Below are positions 45,701 through 58,210 of a DNA stretch of 64,000 bases, piece after piece. This DNA comes from Heteronotia binoei (taxonomy: Eukaryota). Made by a program: the position numbers and the translations under genes. The DNA is taken from assembly GCF_032191835.1 (NCBI RefSeq), contig NC_083237.1:12090001-12154000 (forward strand). The letters are read 5' to 3'. The notes under the pieces are model-generated. The model ran no database searches, was not told where the DNA came from, and saw only the letters and a list, made by a program, of their open reading frames with translations. The number at the start of each line of letters is the position of its first letter. Positions within the stretch are counted from its first letter, which is position 1.

Positions 45701-48017
45701 CATTGCTAGCACCAGGTGAACCTGAATTAACAATGACTTCTCATCTAGATACATGGTTCTGCCTAGGTTGTCTGCTCACAACAGTCTTCCATGTACAAAC
45801 TCTCCTTCTTAACAGACAATAGGATGGAAGGATTTTCATTGCACGAGGATTGAAGCAGTTGGAAGACATCGATGAAAAAGGGCAAAGCGACAACTCGACA
45901 GAAGGTAGAAGAACGAAAACAGTGGAAGCATCAAGGAAGAAGAGACCGAAAAGATTTTGGTCAAGAAGGTGCTGATTTTACATGTCATGATATCTATGCG
46001 TGTCTTTAAGAAACCACAAGGCTCTTTACTGCTTTGACTGCATCCCATGACCATTGCCACCTTTCTGGCAGGAAATTCTGGCTCCACCATCACCTATGCT
46101 CAGGTTGTTGAGGCTGAGGCAGATGCATTTGCAGCAGCTTGACTTAATATAACTAAGCAAAATACTCCATCAGTATAATCATCATAAATTTATACGTGAA
46201 TCAAACTGAAATGATAGGAAGACAGCAAGTAACAAGCAAGGTTTGGTAGCTTTGGGTGTCTTGTTAAATGATAACCCTTTATTTTCAACCAGTTCTTCTA
46301 GGACAGACTATCAGAAATTATATTAGAGCCATAGGAAAGGAAAGGTCCCCTGTGCAAGCACCAGTCGTTTCCGACTCTGGGGTGACGTTGCTTTCACAAC
46401 ATTTTTCAAGGCAGACTTTTTGCGGGGTGGTTTGCCATTGCCTACCCCAGTCTTTTACACTTTCCCCCCAGCAAGCTGGGGACTCCTTTGACCGACATCG
46501 GAAGGATGGAAGATTTCACAGCAGACTTTTTGCAGGGTGGTTTGCCATTGCCTTCCCCAGTCTTTTACACTTCCCCCCCCCCCACAGCAAGCTGGAGACT
46601 CCTTTGACCGACATCAGAAGAATGGAAAGCTGAGTCAACCTCGAGCCAGCTACCTGAACCAGCTTTCGCTGGGATAGAACTCAGGTCATGAGCAGAGTTC
46701 AGATCACAGTACCGCAATACTGCTGCTTTACCACTCTGCACCATGGGGTGGCTTTACTAGAGCCACAACACCTCACTAAAACAACCATTTCGCCAGTACT
46801 TACCAATTAAGGCTGGGTCTGTGGCCTTGAAGAGGTGTGAAGGTGGCATTAAGTCTTTGAAAAAGCATGAAAAAATATTATGAGAATCTTGTTTTTGGTA
46901 TTGTCCTGTACAATAGTATGACTCCTCCTGAAGTAGTCCAGTTAGCTTTTTGATGTAGTGAGAGCCAGTTTGGTGTAGTGCTTAAGTGTATGGACTCTTA
47001 TCTGGAAGAACCGGGTTTGATTCCCCACTCCTTCACTTGCAGCTGCTGGAATGGCCTTGGGTCAGCCATAGCTCTGGCAGATGTTGTCCTTGAAAAGACA
47101 GCTGCTGTGAGAGACCTCTCAGCCCCACCCATCTCACAGGGTGTCTGTTGTGGAGAGGGAAGATATAGGAGATTGTAAGCCGCTCTGAGTCTCTGATTCA
47201 GAGAGAAGGGCAGGTTATAAATCTGCAGTCGTTGGCGTCTTCTTCTTTTTTAAACATCAGGACTTCTGAATCTCATTCCCAGTTGTTATTAGAAATCATT
47301 TCACTGAACTTCAATAGGGTGAAAGGATATTTTAAAACATGAGTGTTGTTTATTTTAAGGATATCTTTGTACCTAATCTGAGGAGGAAGAGACCATTCCT
47401 TTAGGTGGGAAGGATCTAGCGTTGTGCCTGCTTTGACTGCATCTTCCCAGATCAGTTCCAGATAATGTGAGGATTATGATGTCTAACTGGAAACTGTCAT
47501 CAAGTCACTGCTGGTTTATGGTGACCTCATGGAGTTTTCAAGGCAAGAGACAAAGAGGGGAGGCTTTCCATTACCTGCCCCTGGACTTCCTTGGAGGTCT
47601 CCCATCTAAGTACTAACCAGGGCTGACCCTGCTTACCTTCTGTGATCTGATGAGAGAGGCTATCCTGGGTCTTCTGGGTCACGGAGGGTACTTTGATTAA
47701 AGAATCAGTCTAATGCTTTAAATGTTATCAGCACATTTAGCACAGTTCCTCTTACTTTAAATTCACTGTGTCTGCAACTTTCTCACACTTATTGAATTCT
47801 ATGGCCTTCTAAATTTGCTTGTAAATTCTGGGGGGGGGGGGGGGTCTTCAGCCTAGAAGGCATTCCTTTTCACATAAGAATACTCAGCTACCAATGTGTG
47901 GATAGCCTTCTGTTATGTGAAAGGATGGTGGGACAGGAACTGTGCTCCTGCACTTGCTTTGGAAAAAGAGCAAAAAAATTGTCTTCCTGACCCTTCTTCA
48001 GCGACACTGTTCTGCTA
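42740..48017 (+). repeat. Segmental-duplication unit (OR 3' flank plus next OR 5' flank), homologous to 54661-60198 and 61126-63940
   Basis: Colinear blocks: 42740-43320 ~ 54661-55237 ~ 61126-61860; 45110-46270 ~ 58230-59540; 47380-48017 ~ 59560-60198. Confidence 0.85.
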
Positions 48018-48944
48018 ATGGAGTGTCCAAATCAAACACAGCCGGCTGTGTTCATCATCTCTGGATTCTCATTCCCGAAAGAATTAGACGTGCTGCTGTT
48101 ACTCTTCTTCTTGCTCATGTACATTCTGACTCTCTGTGGAAATTCTCTGATTGTCTGGGTGGTGGCATCTGATGTCCAGTTGCACAAGCCCATGTACTGG
48201 TTCCTCTGCCATTTGTCCATCATGGATATGGCTTTCTCCTCCATTGTGGTCCCCAGATTGATTGCAGGTTTCTTCCCTGGTGGGAACATCATCTCTTTTG
48301 GAGAATGTATATGTCAGGTATTCTTTCTGAATTTCCTCGGATGTACTGAAAGTCTCCTTTACACTGTTATGGCTTACGACCGCTTCATTGCTATCTGCAA
48401 GCCCCTCCACTACAGCCACATCATGCATTGGAGAGTCTGCCTCACCCTCTGTTTGGGTACCATGATCGGAGGCTGCCTGAACTCAGTGTTAGAGACGACC
48501 CTCACCTTTCAATTGCCCTTTGGATGGAACAACAAGATTGACTATGTCTTTTGTGACATCCCTGCTCTACTGAAGCTGGCTTGCGCAGACACAACTTTCA
48601 ATGAGATGGTGGCTGTAGTGGATATCGGCCTGGTGGCCATGACCTGCTTCATCCTTATCCTGACCTCCTATGTCTATATTGTCTCCGCCATTTTGAGGAT
48701 CAGCAGCAGTGAAGGGCGTCGCCGGGCCTTCTCCACGTGCTCAGCCCACATCACTGTGGTCATTATCTATTATGTTCCAGTCGTTTTCCATTACCTGAGG
48801 CCAGCATCTCAGGACTACATGGATGGTGTGGTGAGCATGTTCTACACCACAGTAACCCCGTTTCTGAATCCTGTCATCTACACATTCAGGAATAAAGAGA
48901 TGAAGGCCGCTCTGTCGAAAGTGTGTGTTGGGAATCCCAAGTAA
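48018..48944 (+). CDS. Olfactory receptor, OR10G-like, 308 aa, intact ORF
   Basis: OR motifs present; close paralog of 60199-61125; PFGW in place of PYCG. Confidence 0.92.
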   Translation: MECPNQTQPAVFIISGFSFPKELDVLLLLFFLLMYILTLCGNSLIVWVVASDVQLHKPMYWFLCHLSIMDMAFSSIVVPRLIAGFFPGGNIISFGECICQVFFLNFLGCTESLLYTVMAYDRFIAICKPLHYSHIMHWRVCLTLCLGTMIGGCLNSVLETTLTFQLPFGWNNKIDYVFCDIPALLKLACADTTFNEMVAVVDIGLVAMTCFILILTSYVYIVSAILRISSSEGRRRAFSTCSAHITVVIIYYVPVVFHYLRPASQDYMDGVVSMFYTTVTPFLNPVIYTFRNKEMKAALSKVCVGNPK

Positions 48945-49000
48945 ACAGCAGCATGCTTGTATGGCTATGTTCTGCCCTAAGCTCTCATCACTAATCAGCT

Positions 49001-49084
49001 GTGGATGGTGTGGTGAGCATGTTCTACACCACAATAACCCCATTTCTGAATCCTGTCATCTACACAATCAGGAATAAAGATGAA
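49001..49084 (+). pseudogene. OR remnant (TM7) whose final codons resume at 54621-54660 after a LINE insertion
   Basis: gatggtgtggtgagcatg...aggaataaagatgaa | insertion | ggctgctctgttaaaactgtgggttgggaaccccagaTAA matches the split point GATGAA|GGCTGC of the paralogs. Confidence 0.85.
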
Positions 49085-50490
49085 CGTCGCCCGGGCAGAG
49101 CTGGGCGACCGGCGAGTAAGACCCGCGAGTGCTGAGGCAGAGGCGCCGCCCTAGGCTGCATTCCAGCTTGTGCGGAGCCGAGTGGCGAACGGAGTGGCTG
49201 ACGAGCGGTGAACAATTACAAGCAGCGACTGAGGAAAGGTGTGGTCGAAGACCTGAGGCGTTTGGTAGCACCATAAGCCGGCAGAAGGGAGCTGGTGGGA
49301 ACTGCCTGGGGCCACTGGACATTGAACATCTATGAGACGGGATGCTGAACTTGATGGACCGCTGCTTTGATCCAGCTGGGCTGCTCTTATATTCTTCTGT
49401 TTTTAACTCTAGGTGCTCTCTAGTGCTACGTCTGCATTTTTTTTTTTAGTCAGATGCTTTTTCATTAAAAAAATTATGCCTTCAGTGCTGCTTTCTGCAG
49501 GAGTTATATATGGAAGGTCTGGGACCCTGGCTCAAATCCCTGTGCAGCCCTCCACGCCTCGTGTCTCAGAGGTTAAAGCCCCTCCTTCAGCTTCTATTTA
49601 TCTGTCACATGGGAATAGTAAAAGGAGACACAACAACAACGGCCTCCTATTGATATTGGAAACTGTTCTAGAGGGCAAAAAAAAGTAGGAAATGTATCAA
49701 AGGCTGAGCTGAAGTTTCTTCCCAAACAGGGCTCTTTTTTGTAGCAGGAACTCCTTTGTATATTGGGCCGCACCCCTGTGATGCAGCCAATCCTCCAAGA
49801 GCTTACAGGAGACCCTGTAAGAAGAACCCTGTAAGCTCTTGGAGGATTGGCTACTTCATTGGGGAGGGACAGTGGCTCAGTGGTAGAGCATCTGCTTGGT
49901 AAGCAGAAGGTCCCAGGTTCAATCCCTGGCATCTCCAACTAAAAGGGTCCAGGCAAATAGGTGTGAAAAACCTTAGCTTGAGACCATGGAGAGCAGGGGA
50001 GGGATGGTGGCTCAGTGGTAGAGCATCTGCTTGGTAAGCAGAAGGTTCCAGGTTCAGTCCCTGGCATCTCCAGCTAAAAAGGGTCCAGGCAAGTTGGTGT
50101 GAAAAACCTCAGCTTGAGACCCTGGAGAGCCGCTGCCAGTCTGAGTAGACAATACTGACTTTGATGGACCGAGGGTCTGATTCAGTAGAAGGCAGCTTCA
50201 TATGTTCATAACATCGCACAGCCGGGCAGAGTAAGGGTCCTGGACTGCCCAACCCTGTGTGACTGGGAGCCACAAGAGGGCTCACCCCCCCCTCGGGACT
50301 GCCAGGTTGCACTGGAGGCATTACCAGAAACCCTGACATGTACCACCCTTTGCTCAGAGGTGGGACTGCTGCTCCACATACCACAACCATCGCGCTTTTG
50401 AAGCGACCGGGCTCTGCACTGTGCGCACTTTATATCTTTATTCAACCAGCACCTTACTTACCCAGCACCTACTTACAACCAGCACCTTAC
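49085..50490 (+). mobile_element. Duplicate of the LINE 5' end (49085-49330 plus 50210-50490), interrupted by MITE/SINE sequence
   Basis: Near-identical to 50516-51015; AACATC is repeated at both edges of the interruption. Confidence 0.8.
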
Positions 50491-50515
50491 TTACACGTTC
50501 AGGAATAAAGATGAA

Positions 50516-53500
50516 CGGTCACCCGGGCAGAGCTGGGCGACCGGTGAGTAAGACCCGCGAGTGCTGAGGCGCCGCCCTAGGCTGCATTCCAGCTTGTCCG
50601 GAGCCGAGTTGCGAACGGAGCGGCTGACGAGCGGTGTACAATTACAAGCAGCGACTGAGAAAAGGTGTGGCCGAAGATTTGAGGCATTTGGTAGCACCAT
50701 AAGCCGGCAGAAGGGAGCTGGTGGGAACTGCCTGGGGCCACTGGACATTGAACATCACACAGCCGGGCAGAGTAAGGGTCTTGGACTGCCCAACCCTGTG
50801 TGACTGGGAGCCACGAGAGGACTCACCCCCCCCCCCCCCTCGGGACTGCCAGGTTGCACCGGAGGCATTACCAGAAACCCTGACCCTGACATGTACCACC
50901 CTTTGCTCAGATGTGGGACTGCTGCTCCACATACCACAACCATCGCGCTTTTGAAGCGACCGGGCTCTGCCCTGTGCGCACTTTAAATCTTTATTCAACC
51001 AGCACCTTACTTACCCAGCACTTATCCTGTACTATGCTCAAATCAGAAGATCTTGCATGGACTAGCACATTAGCACTTTCCTTGTAACCTCCTGTATACA
51101 TTTTTAGGCTCTGCTAAATTTAGTGTAAATTTTAATCAATTAACTCATGGGATTGGTTGTCTGTATTAATTGGATTGATTTGTTTGTGGTAAATTAATTT
51201 GGAAGCATTATTGGGGGGTGGGATTATATTCATTTTTACCATCAGATAAGGCTATATATATTTTACCAATTGATATAAGGAATTATGGGGTAGGCTTAAT
51301 TGGGTTGATTGAGAATGGGGATTGTTGGAGCAGAGTGAATTGGGGGGCTAATTAAGGACAGTGTTGAGATACTAGTGGTGGCAGTTACGTTAGCATCTAT
51401 TACCACCAACGGGGGATGACTGGCCTAGGGATTCCAGTGCTCCTGGGGAGGGGGAGGTATGGCGGTGGGAGCAGAAAGCAATATAAGGGAAGGGGGCGGA
51501 GACCTGTGAGGGCTCGGCCTCCTTCCAGTCTGTGCCCCATCCCGAGGGTGACAGGTAGTAGGGTCAGGTTGGACCCGCCTCCGTCATTGGTGTTATGCAA
51601 CACCAGGTCCATTAATAATAAGGCCTCTGTCCTTCGAGAGTTTCTACTCGAACGGGACATGGACCTGGTTTGCGTGACCGAAACCTGGGTATGAGAGAGT
51701 GATACTGTGGCCCTCTCACAAACAGCTCCCCGGGCTATTCGGTCTTTCACCAATCGCGGACTAGCGGGCGGGGGGAGGAGTGGCGCTGTTCATACGAGAG
51801 GCTTACTCCTTTAGGGCGCTCCCGGCTCCAAGGATCAAGGGCATTGAATGTGCCGGTCTGGCGTGGGAGGCTGGAGAGGGGTTGGCGATTTGGCTGGTGT
51901 ACCGTTCACCTAGCGCACCGGCCAATGCCCTACCATCCCTGCTCGAGGCGGTGGCAGGCTGGGTGTTGGAGCACCCAAGGCTGGTGATCCTGAGTGACTT
52001 CAACGTCCATGCGGATGACCCGGCCTCTAGTCAGGCGACAGACCTAGTGTCATCCATGGCGACACTAGGACTCTCTCAATTTGTAACATCCCCCACGCAT
52101 CAGGCCGGGCACATGTTAGATTTGATCTTTGCAGCCTGGGTTGTGGTGGACGATATAACTATAGAAGCTGTGCCATGGTTGGACCACCGCGCCCTTAGGG
52201 CTTGTGTGAATGCCCCACCCCAAACCTGCTTAGGAGTCGAGCCTATTTTGGCTCGCCCGCGGAGCCAAATGGACCCGGAATGGTTCCAAATGGCTCTTCG
52301 GGATCCCTGGCCCTCTGGCAATTCCTTGGAGGCCCTGGTCGAGGTTTGGCATAGCCGACTCTCCAGGGCTATTGAAGAGATCGCACCTCGACACCCTCTG
52401 CGACCCCGGACTAGGCTGGCGGTGTGGTATACCCCGGAACTACGCCAGCTGAAACACAGCCTCAGATGGCTACAAAGGCAATGGCGGCATACTCGAGATG
52501 AAGCGATTGGAGCATCTTATAGGAAATTTATGAGATCCTATGAGATGGCAGTCAAGGCCACAAAGAAAACATACTTTGCGGCTAAGATTGCGTCTGCAAA
52601 TGCGCGCCTGGCACAATTATTTAGGATAATTCGAACGCTTACTATATTGCCACAGGGCAAACTAATGTTAAGGAATTGGAGATAGGCTGTGTGGCTTTTG
52701 CGAAACATTTTGCAGACAAGGTCCAATCACTCCGCCGCGACTGCCCTGCCATATTGGACTCAGTATGTAAACTCGAGGCTCCGTGCACGCCTTCCAGCTT
52801 GATCCTGGATCATTTCAACCCTCTCAGCTTGGAGGAAGTTGACAGAGTCCTCTCTGCTGCACGTGCAACAACTTGTGATCTCGACCCGTGCCCCTCCTGG
52901 CTAATTAAAGCTTGCCTGGAGGAGCTAAGATGTCCTATATGGGACAGCATAAATAGATCTCTTTCAGAGGGCCGTTTTCCTGCCCTTCTGAAAGAGGCAG
53001 TGGTCCGCCCTCTCCTAAAAAAGGTTACATCAGACCCGACCGAATTGGCACATTACCGGACGGTCTCAAATTTGCCCTTTTTGGGCAAAGTTATTGAGAG
53101 GGCTGTTGCGCTGCAGCTACAGAGTTTTCTGGAGGACGCTTCCACCTTAGATCCATTCCAGTCTGGCTCCCGCCAGGAACACAGGGCGGAGACAGTCTTG
53201 GTCACTCTCATGGATGATCTCCGGAGACATCTGGATCGAGGCGGCGTGGCGGTTTTGCTGCTGCTAGACCTATCAGCTGCGTTCGATATGGTCAATCACC
53301 GGCTGCTGACCCGCCGCCTCGCCGACGCAGGGATTCAGGGGTCCGCGTTACAATGGCTTTCCTCTTTCCTTGAGGGTCGGGGACAAAGGGTGGCAATTGG
53401 GGGAGAGCTATCCTGGAGACACTCACTTGACTGTGGGGTGCCACAGGGAGCAGTTCTCTCTCCGATGCTATTCAACATCTTCATGCGCCCCCTTGCCCAG

Positions 53501-54576
53501 ATAGCCCGGAGATATGGGCTGGGTTGTCATCAGTATGCTGATGATACCCAGCTCTATCTATTGATGGGCGACCGGACTGGAAATGCCCCGGAAAATTTGA
53601 ACCGGGCGTTGCAAGCCATGGCAGACTGGATTAAGCTGAGTGGGCTGAAATTTAACCCAGTGAAGATGGAGGTCCTTTGCCTGGGCTGCGGCGGTTCAGA
53701 GAATGGGGTCCCTCTCCCAGTTTTTGATGGGGCGCAACTGGTAGCAGTGCGCAGAGTTAAGAGCTTGGGAGTCTTACTGGAGCCTTCCTTGACAATGGAG
53801 GCCCAGATAACAGCTACTGCCATGTCTGCCTTTTTTCATCTTAGACGGGCGAACAGTTGGCCCCCTTCCTGGAGCGCAACGACCTGGCAACAGTGATCCA
53901 TGCAACGGTCACCTCGAGGTTAGACTACTGTAATGCCCTCTACATGGGGCTGCCCCTGTACCGAACCCGGAAACTGCAGCTAGTGTAGAACGCAGCAGCC
54001 AGGCTGTTATTGGGACTGCCTCGTTGGGAACATGTGCAGCCTGGGCTGCGGGAGTTGCACTGGCTGCCAATTGTTTACCGGGTCCGTTACAAGGTGCTGG
54101 TCATTACCTTTAAAGCCCTATATGGTCGAGGACAAGCCTACCTTAGGGACCGCCTCTCTCCATATGTTCCCCAGAGAGCACTACGATCAAGTTCAAAAAA
54201 TCTTCTCGAAATCCCTGGGCCAAAAAGAAACCAAACTAAAAACTACCAGAGAACAGGCGTTCTCTATGAAGGCCCCCCAATGGTGGAATCAACTGCCAGA
54301 AGAGATGCAGGCCCTGTGGGATTTTAACCAATTCCGTAGGGCCTGCAAAACTGTCCTCTTCCAGCTAGCTTTCTAAGATGGAACCCCTGATAACATCAAT
54401 AACACCGAGCCATCTTATACACAATTTGATTATTTTATAATGTTATATTGTTTTATTGGTTTTACTGTTTAAATTATTAATTATATTATATATTGTTTTA
54501 TTGTATCATGGTTTTACCATGTCTTGTTAGCCGCCTTGAGCCTGCCTTGGCGGGGAGGGCGGAATATAAATAAAAG

Positions 54577-54620
<44 letters not shown>
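50516..54620 (+). mobile_element. Near full-length L2-clade LINE, disabled (APE-RT ORF ~51416-54376)
   Basis: APE motifs LCNTRSI, VTETW, LSDFNVH; RT motifs LDLSAAFD, GVPQG, QYADDTQLY, SRLDYCN; in-frame stops (51692, 53986) and frameshifts; (TTA)n tail ending 54620. Confidence 0.92.
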
Positions 54621-56702
54621 GGCTGCTCTGTTAAAACTGTGGGTTGGGAACCCCAGATAAACAGCACCATGCTGGTATGGCTATGTTCCGCTCTAAGCTA
54701 TCATCACCAATCACCTTAACTTGATTTCACAAATGTTACTTGGGCTGATTATAAGAGTGGAGCTGGGGAGGGGGTCAAAGTGGCTGAAGATATGCATCTG
54801 GTTTACTTCAAAATGGAGACTGTGAATTAAAGAGATATGCATGGTATATATAATATAAACAAGATAGAGATTAAAGTGTTTTTTAATAATTCTAGGCATC
54901 CACAATACTGCAATTTAGCCCACATGTAGCCAATCCATGATTATTTTACCTTGTTGAACTAGCTCTGTGGAGTCTGAGGTACATAGACTCTCTTCTGTCT
55001 CCTATTCAGCCAGCAAAGTGGAGTGGAGTGGTTCTTAATCAGACTAAAACCATTCTTTTCTTTTTCTGGTGAATTGGTACTTTGTAAGAGTAAAACTTGG
55101 AATGTCAATTTAGGATGAGAGTTCAGATGCCTATTCAGACATGAAGGTCACTGTATGAACTCAGGACATTTGCTAAGTCTCAGCGTAGCCCACCTCATAG
55201 TGGATATAAAATGGGTGAATATAATCATATGTAAACCCAGGGGCGTAGCTAGGGCTTTGGGGGCCCGGGGCCCAAGATTTATGTGGGCCCCCCTATGTGT
55301 GTGCACGCCGCCAGAAACAGGATATGATGTCACTTCCGGTGATGTCACTTCCGCAGGATGGCCACCACTTGCGAGGGAGCCCTGCTGGAAACAGGAAGTG
55401 ATGTAACTCCCCCAAAATGGCCACCACTTGTGGGGGGGAAACAGGAAGTGGTGTCACTTTGGGGGCGGCACCCCCCCCAAGATGGCACTGCTGGTGCGAT
55501 CTAGGTCATGTGATTGATAACCTGATTACCCCACCACACCATGTGACAGGGAGAAATGCCACAAGCAGCCTGCTGGCCCAGCTGTTCCCCTTGTGCCCTG
55601 AACCATGCATGCCAGATCAGACCACAGTACATCCAACCTTTCCGTTCAGCATAGAGGGCCAGTTGTCATCCCCCCGCCCCCCAAAGACTCAGTATGTTTC
55701 CACTACAACTGGGCAAGGTACAATTCTCCCTTCTCCACTTTAGTTTGCAAGCACACCAATATTGCAGGGGTTTGGGCACTCAGGCCAGAAAGTCCAAGAA
55801 GGATCAGAATACACACGGGCAGAAACAGAACTGAAATCAATGGGACTCACAGCTACTACCCAGCAAGCCCATTATAGCTACTAACTAGCAACCACAGATG
55901 CCTATACATTTGAATTTTTTTAAAAAAATGTGTTGTGCTCAACTAGTTTAGCCTCTCATTTTAATAACTCATAACTGTAGCCAAATATGTTTATGTTAAC
56001 AAGTGTGCAATGGAATGAGAGGGAAACCAAAACAGACTTTTTGAGTAGTCATTTGTGAATAGGGCTGCAAACCTATGCACTTTCTTAGAAATATGTCCTA
56101 TAGAATACACCAGGGCATGTGTAAGAGAAAGGAAGAGGGACAAAAGCATACGGCAGAACTTAATATTACTTATAAAACCGTTAATGCAGTACTACAAAAA
56201 GAGGGGGGATCAAATTATATTAACCAATAAGGGTGCTCTTATTTACCCCCCGCCATTTGCAGATTAGTTAATTTGGATCTGAAAACCTGATCTTGGTTTG
56301 GCTGGGTTCGGATGCTTTTCGAGTCCGCCCTCTAAATAACAGTTTAAGCAGTCACAGGGAAAGTTTCTTAAAAGTTTAGAAGTGTAAACAGCCGTAACAA
56401 TCTGATCGTGGGGAGAAGTAGGGGCTGAAGGCACATTCCGCGCCCGAAGGCAGCCAGGGCGCGAGTGTTCAGACGACCCCATCAGTCAGGAATGTTACGC
56501 CTGTCCTCGCCTGGGCAGCTTCGCCGCTCGCTTCCCAACTTGCGCGAGGATCCCGGCGGGAAGCAAGCAGGCCATGGCAGTGGGGCTAAGGGGACGAACT
56601 CACCCCAGCTGTGCCCGTCGGGGCTCAGAGCCCACCCAACTCCCCGCATCCCCCTCCCGCCCCTATTTCCCCAGAGAGCCGGCTGGAGCTCTCCCCCCTC
56701 AC

Positions 56703-56733
56703 CGTTGTCCTCATCGCATCCCCAGTGCAGCAT
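56703..56733 (-). pseudogene. Captured first coding exon resembling cytosolic alpha-carbonic anhydrase (CA1/2/3/13 type)
   Basis: gccATG CTG CAC TGG GGA TGC GAT GAG GAC AAC G|GTGAGG = MLHWGCDEDN-G with a phase-1 donor. CA2 exon 1 is MSHHWGYGKHN-G with the same intron position. Confidence 0.62.
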
Positions 56734-56889
56734 GGCTAGTCCCCTAACTCGAGGAGAAGGAGGAGGAAGGCAGTGCTGGTGAAGATGCAGATAGGTATAC
56801 GCCCGGCTCTCCACCGAAAGCCGCAGAAGAGGCGCCCAGACTCTCCAAGAGCCTGCAGGGACAAAGCGTGCCCGGGCGACCCCGCGGCG

Positions 56890-56990
56890 CCCTCTTATGC
56901 ACAGCGCCCTGCAGGCGCCGCACGTGGCCGCCCGGAGACCCGGCCTCCAGAGGCCCCGCAGCACCCCCTCCCGAGACCTGATTGGCGCTT
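56890..56990 (-). promoter_or_regulatory. Promoter-like elements of the captured CpG island
   Basis: Minus strand: CCAAT (56985-56981), E-box CACGTG (56921-56926), TATA-like CATAAG (56899-56894), ~160 nt upstream of the ATG. Confidence 0.5.
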
Positions 56991-58084
56991 CTTTCCTAGA
57001 TAGCAAGTGGGCACAAGATTCGGAGTCCTGCTGGATCGGAGGAAAGGTCCAGCTCCTCCAAAGTGGTCATCCAGAAGTTTAACAAGCTGCTTGTTAAAAT
57101 GATGCAGCACAGCAACACGGCCATTATTCGGGACCACCCTTGGCAATGTGGGGGCCCCCCAGACCCCCCAGACCTGGGGCAACCCGCCCCCCCCCTCCCT
57201 ACACCACTGTGTAAACCACCTTGAGTTCCATTGAAGAGTTGCTAGCAAGATATGCTAGGTTATCTATCATAATGTGATGGTTTAACTTGGAATTTATGAG
57301 TCTTCTTTGCATGGAACTGGTTCCACTTCCAAGGCTGAATACAACCTATAACTTGGTATTTGTCATTGTGTCAAAATGTTGTCAGACTGGTGTAACCCGG
57401 GCAATGGAAATAAGGACATATTCAAAGCTTAGGCCCGCCCACTCGCATACCTTCGGTTAAGAAACTATTCATTACAACAGGGGAAATACAATATGGCACA
57501 TCGGGTAGTGTGCTCCCCATTCCCCAAACTCTTTCCCTTCCGAACCCAACAGTCCAGTATTTTTATGTTTTAAAATTTAATTTAATTTTATTTATATCCC
57601 GCCCTCCCCACCAAAGCAGGCTCAGTAGTCAGTGTCCCAGAAGTTCCGTTTTCTTGTTGAAGCTGGTCCAGTCGCAGTCCCTCAGAATCAGGCCTCAAGA
57701 GGGAACGAAAGTTCTCAGGGCCTCCTTCCTCACCATTTGAGTGGAGAAATCAGCTCCAGTTCATAGACAAGCGGTCTGGGGGCTAACTCCTCCAAAAGAA
57801 GTGATTTTCAAAAAGGGAGGGCCCACACTAGACAAAATTTCTTCAGCTGAGACCTTTCAGGAATTCAGTCCTTTGAGAGACAGAATGACTAGGCCTCTTA
57901 GTCCTCACCCTACCTCCTTGTAATTTTTCTTCAAGTCCTCCTACACACAGTCCTCCTGGTATAGAAATAGAGTCGTTTAATTGCTTAACTCAACAGCATA
58001 CATCTCCAAAGCTCTACACTGGTCTTCCTCCTACTATGCCAGATCAAGCAACGAATGCCACTCCTGTCTCGCCCTGAACGACCT

Positions 58085-58210
58085 CCAGAAATCCATGTAA
58101 CAATCACCTCCAGGTTAGACTACTGTAACTTGCTCTACATACGGCTACCCTTGAGACTCACCCAGAAATTACACCTGGTCCAGAAAGTAGTAGGACGAGT
58201 CCTTATGGGA
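58085..58210 (+). mobile_element. Old L2 fragment
   Basis: IHVTITSRLDYCNLLYIRLP. Confidence 0.7.

Larger units (their letters stand above)
55238..57209 (+). mobile_element. 1.97-kb non-autonomous hAT element carrying captured host sequence (Pack-hAT)
   Basis: Perfect 8-bp TSD TGTAAACC (55230-55237, 57210-57217); imperfect TIR CAGGGGCGTAGCTAGGG / CCCTCCCTACACCACTG; absent from the paralogous flanks at ~43310 and ~61850. Confidence 0.88.

Noticed and set aside
49860-49940. tRNA genes (also other SINE heads)
   Set aside because: A/B boxes belong to SINE heads; no complete cloverleaf.
56731-57130. Plus-strand reading MASPL.../KVVIQKFNKLLVKMMQH as the captured gene
   Set aside because: Needs frameshifts and matches no protein I recognise; the minus strand gives a coherent promoter, Kozak ATG, CA-like exon and donor.
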